In this document: positions 53,631-64,000 of the stretch, piece after piece
Layout of the letters: every line of letters begins with the position of its first letter
Numbering within the stretch: position 1 is the first letter of the stretch
From: Ancylonema sp.
Lineage: Eukaryota
Length of the DNA stretch: 64,000 nt
Direction of reading: 5' to 3'
Assembly (NCBI GenBank): GCA_050230475.1
Contig: JBFLGF010000057.1
Location: forward strand, 1-64,000
Made by a program: the position numbers and the translations under genes
Notes under the pieces: generated by a model
Told to the model about the DNA's origin: nothing
Databases searched by the model: none
The model's input: the letters and a program-made list of their open reading frames with translations, nothing else

Positions 53631-56034
53631 AGCGGAGATACATTATGAATCTGGAGTGAGGAGAGGGCTGGAAAGAGGGGGCGTATGTCTGAAGGGCGGA
53701 GGGTGGGGGAAAGGGGGGTGGGGAGGATACAAAACGTATCATTGTGAGTTTGGGTGAAGGTATTGTGGTGTTTGGTAGGGTGGGTGCAATGTGGTACTCG
53801 AATCGGTACACTCTGAGTAGGATTAGACCATATGTAGACTTCATATGCTTGTGATGGAAGGTAAATAATTTTTGTGAAGTAGCACAAAAATTGTATGCTA
53901 GAGGCAAGCATACTTTTTGGCCATCGATGATTTCACTAGACAAGGATTTGTAAATGCAACAAAGAATATTTAGAGTAATTAATTGCTTGGTAATTGATTG
54001 ATCAATTTGATCAATCGGACTTTTTAAGTAACATATTTATCATCTTCCCACTTTGGTTTATGTTTTTTGTGTGAATGTGCATTCGTGGCATAATGTAGTT
54101 CTATAAAGCCATTGACTATTGAGAGGATTGGTCACTTCACTGTCTTATCATTATGAAGTACCAAACTACGACCTAATTATACAGCTCCATTTCCAACGTG
54201 ACGTGAATTCGTTTGGGTCTGATTTTCTAAACTGGAATTATTTAGTGCCTATTTTGACGCGTAATATTGATTAAATGGATATCAGTTATTGTTCGTAACC
54301 GACGTCCAGATGTGAACTGGAGAATGTAATCGAACAATGTACAATCGAACAATGTTTTGCAATGTCACTCACCCGACATGAGTGGTACTGAAAAGCGAGT
54401 GTCGAAGCAAACATTAATGAAACAAGGTTTTGCGCATGCGCGGGGCGGGCATATATCAATGGATGGTAACACATTCCAGAAACAATTCACTGAGTGTTGG
54501 AAAAATGAAGTCATTTCAATTTTGCCACCGTAACCACACAAGTAATTGCCATCATTACGGTAACCGCAAGACTACCAAGTTAAAAATGGCAATTTGTGGC
54601 ATGGATCGGAATGATATCTTCGTTGCAATTTCGCCGACATGGCATAACGAAACTGTTCTGATATGGTATGGTAATATGGTCTTTAAATGAACCTCATACT
54701 ACAATAATCATGGATTTGGACACGTAATGATGTGAGTGAAATCTGGTAATACAAATTTGGAAATGTATGATTACAGGGGTCCCTGCAATTACACTGTACA
54801 ACTTACAAATAACGCACACTCATGTAAAACGTTTGGATAATGCTCACATCCCAACTCACAACACATACATGATATATGGCCAGACTAGCATGCGTCAATA
54901 CAAAATCGTAATGAGCTTGGCGTGAAAACGTCAGTCGTTAACTCGGTCGCACAATGGTGTGAAAATCCCACATCCTTGTAAAGGCTAGAATGTACGATTT
55001 TATGGTTGTATATTGTACATTCAGCCGCGTCGTACCAAATCTGACGTGTCAATTGACGTGAGGCGCTCTCTTCTCTTGCAATTCCTTTTTTCAATAATAT
55101 CCAAAATGCAACAAAGTAAATCATCACAATTACATCACAAACACAACATCTGAGCACAACAATCTTTGGCACACTACTTTTGTACAATATGACCAATCAA
55201 TGATATCCAGCCTCACCCATTGTAGGGTTGTATGATTATGCAGTAACCATACATGATGAGGCAGCAACATAAATTCGTCAAAGTGTCTAATCAGAAATTG
55301 AGAGCTTGATCCGGTTAGATTCGGCGTTTTATTCATCCATCGGGAGCATGTTTGACCAATTGATATTCGATGCCAGAACTTCATTGAACGCTGATTGGGC
55401 ATTTGGATTGCGGCTCTGCGCATTGGGAGCTTTGCTGTTGGTGTTGTTGTTTACCCTGACGATTAGTATGTACCGTATCTTTGGCTTTTGTTGCATGTAG
55501 AGTGACCATCTCTGGATCAGATATAGTATACAGACAAGACCACGTTAGCGGTATTGTGGCAGAAGATTGTGCATGCCGAGAATGTACCAAAGTCTGAGTT
55601 TTCAGACTTTCAGACCTAATTGATTAAACTTGGCTTCCATGGCGTACTGATCTGGATGAAGTGTGCATGGACAATATATGGGTGTTGTGTTTGAGTGTAG
55701 CGTTGTGAGTAAGCACAACGCTACTACTTTCATATGTACTCTTCACATTGTTACTGTACAAAGTGCGTTCATGGTCTCCCACTTCGAATACCTTATCGCA
55801 CCACTCCACCCCGATTTCATCGAAGTCTAAATTCAACTCCAAATCTGAGTACAAATTCACTCCCCGTCTCCGTAGTGAGCTCTTTTTGGCGAGAAAGTTG
55901 CGCATTCCTTTCAATGGCCCTGCCTGGCAGCAGAGTCATATCATGACGTGGATCTCGCTGCATCCCTTACACAACCCCATCAATTCTACGTCTTGTCTTC
56001 CCTCCTTCCTACCCCTCCCCCTCTCCCTCTCCCT

Positions 56035-58613
56035 CTAGCGGGGGTGGTTAACCATCTCGGTGGCCTCCTCGTCCTTGGGCCTGCCAGCTGGCACCTTTCC
56101 CTCTTCACTGATTTTAGCAGCCTTCCTCACGGGATAAGTGATCCATGTGACTAGCTCCAGCGCAAGTACCAGACCAGCCAAGAAAGCAATGATGACGATG
56201 TACACTGTTTTCCAGTTGCCGTAGTCCTGCACAAAAGGGTTTTAGATTCAGACTTGCTGACTCGGTGCAACAGGCCGGGTGAGTGGTAGCAGCATGATGA
56301 GGGAGTGATGGCACTGTTTCACTCAAATCGGAGTCCTATGACGGCCTGTGCACTCATCCAAACTTAGAGCAAAGGTCATCTAGCTGTAGTGATTGACTTG
56401 AGGGAGCTGGACAGACTTTCTGCGTGCTCTCTGATTGGTCTGTTCCGGGCACGGCTTTGGAAATGCTTTCTTTTGCTATTGTCGATTTCTGTCGGCATGC
56501 CATCTGTTCACTAGGACAGGTGGCAGTCATGCTCTGTTGCTGACACCTGTGTCTATAATGAGTAAATCCTAGTGCAACAAGCATTCCTATCATATGCCAC
56601 CCTACAGGCACACAAGAATCCATACAACCTCCCAAGAAATCTAGTATGAAACCGTCTTTAACATTTCTATTTTGTTTCTCGCTCACGTGTGCACTCCATC
56701 ACCATTTCGCTATTCAGCCCTTCCGGATTTAACAGGTCTGCTATGCCGCACTGTTATTATATAATTAATTATAATTAGATTCTAAGCTCGACAGGAGAGC
56801 CTGCTTCTGAAACCCTGTCCGTGATTCTGTGTCCACATGTGCAAATCAGTGGTGTGAAAGCGCCGGACAAGTGCGTTCTCACCACCACCAGATGGAATCC
56901 TCGGAAAATGACGAGCACTGACAGCAAAATTGTTGCGTAGCCGACCAGATGATGCGCCGCGTTCCAGTAGCCGCGAGCCAAACTCAGTTTCTTCGGTTTA
57001 AAGAAAGGAGTCAGGATCTGCACAAAAATATAACAAACATCCCCAAATGTGTCTCTTGAGGGTCCAAATTCGTTCGGCTGATAGGAAGTCAGCGCATTGA
57101 CTTTGAAGTCCGGTCCATGAGAGACCGCCACCTGGCAGACAAGACAACTCATCTTCGACCCATACAGACTAGCATGCCACCTTGTATTTGTGCCGACCTT
57201 TTGCCGCCCCCTGAAGTAAGGCTCCTACCCAGACTCAGTGCATCTACACTACCCCTCCGGACCCCCCTCCACCATTGTCGATAGGGCAGAAATGCCACCT
57301 GAGCAGTCGCAAGGGCGAAAATGGCGCATCCCAGAGTGCCGTGCACTGTGAATTCAGCGCTAGGGGGGGCGAAATTCCAGAGCATGAGGCCGATAGCGAA
57401 CCCAGCGGCTCCCAGCAGGTAACCGGACAGCTGGAGGAAGATGTGGATGTAGAACCAGAGCGGGTTGGCAAAAAGGCGCACGTAGCGAGAGAAGATAGCG
57501 CCCACAGGCAGCAGGATGCCCCATCCAACGGCACTGAGGAACCCGTGGGTCTGCCAGGAACGAAGGCGAGGAGGGGTATCGTTGTAGAGATGCTTGTCTC
57601 AAAAAAAGAGAGCAAGTCTCGATACAGCACAAGTCGACCGCTCATGACAACGTGAACTTGCAACACGTTAAATTTATATGGTCAAGGACAGTACTTAAGC
57701 CAGCTATCGCAATATCAATCCGACGGAGGTCGGACCGATGCAGCTACAGTAAACATGGCCAGTCTCATCACTTAGGGGCAGACGTGAATGAGGACCATCC
57801 ATAGCGGGCTCGAAATCAACGAGTCGGATGTAGTATGCAGACTGAAGTGACGACATCCCTGATTAGGTGTACAAGCTTGGGTTCTGTATGCACCCGCACG
57901 CTAAAATGTCCGCATTTTACCAGTCTCGAGTCTGATGTTTGATACAAGTCAAAGCGCGCAGCACTTACAATTTTTAAGATTTTGCATGGGGTCAAAGATT
58001 CCTCAGAAACCAATCCAGTCGTGATGGTGATTTGCTGGCCGAAATTGACCGTTGGATTGTGGCGCAAGAGGATGTTGGGCTGCGAGAAGTCGACCCCAGG
58101 TCCCTTGCCGTAGATTTGAGAGAAGGCCGTGTAGGACTGGTTCAACTGAAGACTGAACTGAATGTACTTGGTAGGGGGACTAGTGGACGTATCAATGGTG
58201 CAAGCGGTCTTAGTGATATTAAGCTTGTTTCCAGGTCGAACACTGGACTCTGACAGTCCGCTCAAGTGGAACTGCATTACGGTGGCTGTCCCAGATTGGT
58301 CTGGATAACAAGCGATGACATTCCCAGGGACCATCGAAGGTGTATTAGCTTCATTGATTCCCCAAGCGGTCCATCCGCCAGCCTGCTCGGGCTGCTCATA
58401 TATGGTGGCATTTAGTACATAAGTTGTGTTGCTAAATGACCATGCGAAGATAGCGCCGGTGCTGGCTTCTAGGACCCTACAGGAAGTGTAAGTGGTCGGA
58501 ATGTTCTTTGAGATTTGTAAGGTGCAAGACCCCTGTGCGTCGGCAGAACTCGAATGGACGTACAAAAGTAATGCTGTGAGAACTGAGAGGTACTTCCTGG
58601 CCGTGCCTGCCAT
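56035..58613 (-). CDS. CYBDOM copy B, inverted (tail-to-tail) paralog of copy A
   Basis: Same exon structure and His ligands (THGFLSAVGWG, WFYIHIFLQ, VHGTLG, YWNAAHHLVGY); ATG at 58613. Confidence 0.92.
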
Positions 58614-59047
58614 CCCATCTGGGACAATCCGCTCGGACAGTGACCATTGCAGCACATGCTTGCAGTTTTGAACTTCATTTTGGGCCGCTTTGGGCCGCGG
58701 GAAGCAATGACCGTTACTTCAAACTGATTGGCCCGTGTGTCATTGACCAATCGCCCTCTTCAATAGAAAATGACGATTGGTCAATGGCACACGGGCCAAG
58801 CAGTCGCACGCGTATTCACACGTGCAAGCGAAAGTCGATAATTTCCTCTGAGACATCCAATTGAGAAGCCTTTACTTTAAGACCGTTTGCGAACGAAGAT
58901 TTTTGGACGTTCGGCGGATGTTTCGAAAGCCGAACGGTTCGGCGGACGTTCGAAAAATATCTTCCGAACGGTGTATTTCGGGATCGCGCACCTGGAACGA
59001 AATTTGTGCCCTTTGCTCTCGAGACATCACGGTGTTTTACGGTGGAT

Positions 59048-60256
59048 CAGCGGTTTTTATTTACCCTGGAAATTCCGCGCGGAATTTTTGAGAGTCCTAA
59101 AATATATTTCTTTGTTGGTACTTTTTGGGACGTGTTCGAAAAATTCCGCTGTACTACGGGACTCGATATACTGGAGGTCGGTAATTCGTAGCTGTCGTTG
59201 CAAATCTAACGTACCCACGTCATCGCGTTCCGCGGAATTTTGAAAGTAGGTAGTGACCATTTTCGACATTTTTCGCTGACATGGCATTTTCATTCACTGG
59301 AAAAATAAAGACCAGACACCTTCTGCGCTGCGCTCTCGGGGGCGAGCGCCAGCACGCGCACCAGGAGCGCACTGGCTTCCTACCTTCATCGACTCCTGGG
59401 GGGCGCGGCGGGCGTGTAGATATCGTTATTTCGGATGCTGCGGTGGGGCACACTTTGGTCGACATTGTTGTTACAAACCCTACCCGTGTGATTTGGCGGA
59501 ACGCGTCGCTAGGCAGGATCTCGTCGCCGCTCCAAATGCGGAGCGAAGGAAGGAAACCCACTATCGGGATCGCGCAAATAGGACGACATTTGTGCCCGTC
59601 GCTCTTGAGACATATGGTGCATTGTTTGACAGGTCGGATCGATTTTTGGTCGAGTGTGCAACTTTAGCATCTAGAGAGTGTGCGGGATTAGGGCCCTCTA
59701 TAAGCTTGTTGAGCACATGGTTCCGTCAGAGAGTGTCGACTACATCGCAACGATCGCTAGCACATGCACTACATGAACCCTAGTCTAGAGCAATCTAGGG
59801 CCTTGTTACCTCCCCCACCACCGTGCATTCCACTTTCTTCTTCGGAGTTGCATATTGTTGCTAGTTTCGTCTAGTACGATCGGCTCACACATTTGTCGTT
59901 TTTTTAATATGGAAATTCCATACATGCGCGTTCTTGTAATGAGATGGGGTTCCCGTTGTTGTTCAATAATATACAATTCTCTTTCCAGATAGGAGGTCCG
60001 TGGAATCATTGGGAATCTTAAAAACACCTAGGAATTGTTTGTCATGGCAACGAAATTTTTGCTACATACGTATCACATTGAAACCGTCTTTCTACAACGG
60101 AAAATATCGTTTTCAATAAATAAAGAGCGAAAACCGTTCCATATTTGAAACAACACAGACAAAAAAAACTGTCCAATTCGACCCACCTGAGAACTTGCCG
60201 GCCACTAACCATATTCCTCGAATTCCATGAATTTCAAGGGTAAATAAAAACCGCTA
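59048..60256. mobile_element. TIR element (hAT-like termini) carrying an inserted CRE-like fragment
   Basis: TIRs CAGCGGTTTTTATTTACCCTGGAAATTC and TAGCGGTTTTTATTTACCCTTGAAATTC (26/28); no matching TSD. Confidence 0.65.
59317..59977 (+). mobile_element. Second 5'-truncated CRE-like retrotransposon copy, frameshifted
   Basis: HLLRCALGGER, GRVDIVISDAAVGHTLVDI, AERRKETHYRD, FVPVALETYGA, WFRQRVS; same 3' UTR as 24600-25421; internal ~60-bp deletion. Confidence 0.85.
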
Positions 60257-60257
60257 T

Positions 60258-60383
60258 TGTCTGATATGTCGGGTCGATTCTTGGAAGAGAGTGCAACGTT
60301 AACACTTGCAGAGTGTGAAGGATCAGGGCCCTCTAGTAGATTGTTGTGCACATAGTTCCCTCAGATAGTGTCGATCGCAATAG
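60258..60383 (+). mobile_element. Degenerate internal fragment of the CRE-like element
   Basis: Aligns by eye to ~25059-25180 (tctgata..tcgg.tcgatt...gagtg...ggatca.ggcc...ttgttgtgcacat...gtgtcgat). Confidence 0.65.
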
Positions 60384-60637
60384 AGAGAATCATATGTTTA
60401 TAATAACCGAACGACGAGACTCCCATCTTGTAACAACGAGAAAGTGTCCGATGCAAGTGAACCAATCTATCGACTTCTCCACACCCGCTTTCGCTGCTCC
60501 CACCATCTCCGCTGGCCTTGCCCTCTTCGACTGCCCTCTTCGAAACATGAAATTTCGAAAGTGCGTGGTTCGAGAAGGCGAGAATCACACCACTTCACAA
60601 CGAAATAAAGCTCGATCGTTCTCTCGAGCACTACTGC

Positions 60638-61051
60638 TGTTAGGATCACTCTAGTGCGTGTCCCTAACCTCCAGTGCCCCTAGTACGTGTTTAGTGCCTC
60701 TAGTGCGTGTCTAGTGTTTCTAGCGCGTGACTAGTGCTATAGTGCGTGCCTCTAGTGCGTGTCTAGTGCATGTCCCTTAGAATGACCGTTTATCCCCGTG
60801 TGCTTCTAGACTAGAGTTCATTTGTTCCACGAGCGTGTGTGCTCTAGTTCTATGCTAGTTCTCCCATTCGAGTGTTCCTTTTAGTTCACTTCTCTTTTTA
60901 CCTTATACTTCGATAGGAGGATCTCCATAGTGGCTCCTACCAACTCATGTACTTTCATCTGTATAGTGCTCTTTCTCCATCTAGTGCTTTTCGTATGTGT
61001 GATTGTGCTTATATCTAAGCTATGTCGCTTCTCCCTTTTAGCGCCGTAACA
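60638..61051. mobile_element. LTR related to the solo LTR at 26107-26404
   Basis: Starts TGTTAGGATCACTC and ends CCGTAACA; shares tctcccattcgagt, ctccta.caa.tcatgt, ctaagcta and CTAGTG repeats. Flanks do not form a TSD. Confidence 0.7.
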
Positions 61052-61424
61052 ATCCCGGTTTTGCTAGGGACCACTTTTTCAGACTCTATAAACGATCAAT
61101 AAAACTATATCTGAGCGCCGACTATTGATGCAACTTTCCATAAAAGAACGGAGCCAAAAAACGTCATCAAAAATACTTATACGAGAGTATTTGGGCACGT
61201 TTCCGAAACACCATCTTTTCGGATTAGCAAATCTGAGAAATCCATCTCACGGCCTCGAAAGTGTCGTAGAGATGTATATCTGCGCGGCTTTTACGACCGA
61301 ATCTATTAGTAAAAGCTACACTCAAATTTAGACGGAAAAACGTCGGAAAAGTGATAATAGCGCGCTAACTTTTTTATACTTCCTAAAAAATGAGTTCTCC
61401 TCAGAACGATAAATGTCAACAGAC

Positions 61425-61658
61425 AGTCGCTAGCACAAGCGATACATGCTAGAATCCTACGTGTAGGGCAATCCATGGCCTTATTACCTCCCCCACCACC
61501 ACGCGCTCCGTTTTCTTCCTCGGAGTTGCGTATAGTTGCTATTTTTGTATAGTATGATCGGCTCACATCTTTGTCGCTTTTTAGGGTATGCAGTTTCTAT
61601 ACAAGCACGTTCTTGTAATGAGATGGGGTTCTTGTCATTTTTCAATGATACACAATTC
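61425..61658 (+). mobile_element. 3' fragment of the CRE-like element
   Basis: Aligns with 25186-25421 (gcgatacatgctagaa, gcaatccatggcctt, cttgtaatgagatgggg). Confidence 0.82.
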
Positions 61659-61694
61659 CTTGTGTATTTCCCCTAGGATTCATAATTCTAATAC

Positions 61695-62200
61695 AAAACA
61701 TACTCGTAATGGGTATGTCTTAGAGACACCGGAATTGTGTGCCTGTAACGTGATTTTGTATGTAACGTGCATACGCGTTATAGGCACGTTTGCTAGGGAC
61801 CCTTGGGTCGGGTATGCCTGTGAAGAGGGAAACCCACAATTTTCCTCAAAGATCACGGGAACGTCGTTTGTCATGTCGCTGAGCTTTTTTTGTTATACCA
61901 ATTCGACTTATTGGCCGATTGGCGCGTGAATAATTACAAATTCTTCATGACCACTCTTTTTAACACAACAAAGTGTATGACGTACGTCGCTTATTACCCC
62001 AGTTCCTAGTCAACACCAACACATGGTTTGACGTCATAACTCGTTATTTGAACAAAATTGCCCTTTTTTGGTTTGCCTATAACGTGGTAGGCTGGTGGCT
62101 CAAGGAAGACGTTTTGGTAATGGAAAATCGGTATGCGCCAGCTTGGTGGCTGTAATGAGGTTGTGCTTCTGAGGAGTGTTCATGTAATTAGTATTTCCTA
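61695..62200. mobile_element. Short degenerate MITE of the same pogo-like family as 22556-24504
   Basis: Left part matches 22556-22700 (gacacc...gtgtgcctgtaacgtgatt); right part matches 24337-24504 (gacgtcataactcgtta, gcct.taacgtggt, gaagacgttttgg). Confidence 0.7.
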
Positions 62201-63530
62201 GGTGGTATTGAGTGGAAGTGGTCAAAGTGATATGATAATTGGTCCTATCCTTCTCTTACCACATATAGGTCATATACTTGGGTCATCAATCATAATAACA
62301 ATGTAGATGACTACGTTTACAAGAGGTGTGATAGCTTCTTGATCATACGTCCTAGAGATGTCTTCATAAATTTTATATTTGTACCAAAGCACTAGGGAGG
62401 TGAGCATGGTGAGTTTGTCAAGTTTTTATGATGGTCTTCTCTTCAATGCAAGTTTGCGTTGTTCAAATGGCGCATATCGCGCACGTGTGTTCGATAGAAC
62501 GATTTTGTTGAACAACAGGCGTTTGTGGTCATCAAATCGGGTTCAAGCGTATTATCAGAGCGCATTACTCTGTATTGCATACGCTTTATCTATAATACGC
62601 TAATTTATTGTATCATTGTATGTGACATACGACGCAACACCGCAACGTGATGCTTGCACATTATTTTAGTATCATTTTTTCACTACCTTTTACAACGACT
62701 TGATAAGATAACTGATGTGACGTGATGTGACAGAGACCACGAGCTACAGTGTTATGGTTCCTTGGCGGTGCATGACTGAGGGATTCAGCCATTTGGTACA
62801 GTTCGGCAAAAGAAGTGCGTTCAGTTCAGTTTCGTTCGTTCAGTGCGTTTGGAATCCGAATGATAATGAGGACGTTGGAAAAATATTCCGAATGTCCAAA
62901 TTTAATCTAGCCTTCACATTCGACAAGGCAAACAAGAAAAAGCTCTGACCACCCTGGTCCGCACTCTTTACTCTTACTAAAACTTGTAGCCAACCTCCGC
63001 CACCCCATTGTTGCTAGAATTTCGTACCACATCGGTTATGTACAATATTTGACTATATCTACCTTGAAATGTCTCTCCTGCATATGGTCATACACCACTC
63101 CAATTTAACCACCTCCGATCGTTTTTTTGCTCATAGCCATGTCCTTATGACATGTAGCCCAATATATTTATACTATATTTAAATATTTTTTACCCCACTT
63201 GTAGTCCGTGTTGTATTCCAATATTCTCTTCACCATTCGCAATGTCAATCGCAATTGCATTTTTGACCTGAAAAACAGTCTAAAAGTTTCCAACTAGAAC
63301 CGTTTTTAATGTACGTTGCTAATTTTCAAGCTCAAATATTAATAATCCCCCGAAAACGATTTTTACACCCCTTATTACAATGGAATTTCGACGCAAAATA
63401 TGTGGAAGATTCCACAAGTTTCCTTATCCATCCTGTACACTGTGGCGTATGAACATAATATGAGACATGCCTTCGACATCCTTCACATCCCTTCATATAA
63501 AGTGACCAAGAAAGTAAACATAGGAACATA

Positions 63531-63727
63531 CTAAGATGTTGTCGTCCAGCTTTCTAGCGGAGGTGTGTCCGAGAAGTCATGCGAAAATTTGGCAACCATT
63601 GCTTGGTATCGTCCTCCACTCACTTCAGATGCAGGCACCGCATTGGCTGCCTCTTCCAACTCCTCCTTGCTCAGCTGAATGAATACGGACGCCACATTCT
63701 CGTCCAGGTTGGGGACTTATGTTGTGC
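63531..63727 (-). CDS. Last exon of an aldo-keto reductase (auxin-induced/perakine-reductase-like), with an in-frame TAA; the rest lies beyond the window
   Basis: After a TAG acceptor: (G)TT*VPNLDENVASVFIQLSKEELEEAANAVPASEVSGGRYQAMVAKFSHDFSDTPPLESWTTTS*, matching the PGTTKxxNLxxN...DTPPLxSW tail of this AKR group. Not in the ORF track. Confidence 0.82.
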
Positions 63728-63858
63728 CTATGGAACAACAACCCCCATCCACATTCGCCGCAATGAACGGGTATTCACTCCATCAGGCACTGTGGTCAAC
63801 CTCTACATTCATTGTTTGGAAAAAAGTACATATAACGGAAATTCTTAGAATGCCATTC

Positions 63859-64000
63859 CCCCTTGGCCCCTTGGCCCCTTGGCCCCTTGGCCCCTTGGCC
63901 CCTTGGCCCCTTGGCCCCTTGGCCCCTTGGCCCCTTGGCCCCTTGGCCCCTTGCCCCTTGGCCCCTTGGCCCCTTGGCCCCTTGGCCCCTTGGCCCCTTG
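63859..64000. repeat. (CCCCTTGG)n 8-mer tandem repeat, running off the window, inside the AKR intron
   Basis: Directly visible, ~18 copies. Confidence 0.97.

Noticed and set aside
63717..63719. Stop-codon reassignment (TAA/TAG = Gln) as an explanation of in-frame stops
   Set aside because: OTU2 and SirB terminate at TAA at homolog-consistent positions, other genes end in TAG, and I saw no other internal TAA/TAG in conserved exons.
29180..63727. Functional heme/redox gene cluster (SirB, CYBDOM x2, RPI4, AKR)
   Set aside because: Different compartments and pathways, interspersed with an unrelated helicase; no evidence of co-regulation.
63859..64000. Possible telomere array at the window end
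   Set aside because: It lies upstream of a splice acceptor of a gene that must continue beyond it, and the unit is not TTTAGGG-like.

Overview
Eukaryotic nuclear DNA with spliceosomal introns. The gene set (plant-type SirB, RPI4-like, PMT/DUF248 methyltransferase, DOMON-cytochrome b561, clade-H-like PP2C, short OTU2) points to a streptophyte, plausibly a charophyte alga or early-diverging plant; that assignment is inference. Family calls are from recalled motifs, not database searches. Genes in order: N-terminus of an unidentified gene running off the left edge (-); PP2C (+); UTP6 (-); ANKRD39-like (+); OTU2-type deubiquitinase (-); PMT methyltransferase with a 426-aa low-complexity stem and two frameshifts (-); a nested transposon cluster (pogo-like MITE, CRE-like retrotransposon 3' end, pogo transposase relic split by a solo LTR); a near-identical 3.3-kb tandem duplication of SirB (+, copy 2 frameshifted); DDX51/RH1 helicase (+); RPI4-like (-); an inverted pair of DOMON-cytochrome b561 genes; a second transposon cluster; and the last exon of an aldo-keto reductase (-) with an in-frame stop. 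Most ORF-track entries over microsatellites are spurious. I found no convincing wholly new biological system. The best leads are domain-restricted homogenisation of the inverted CYBDOM pair, an apparent GT...AC intron, several GC-AG donors, the very long PMT stem, and a multi-copy CRE-like element. Several point lesions in conserved genes suggest consensus errors, so check raw reads first.
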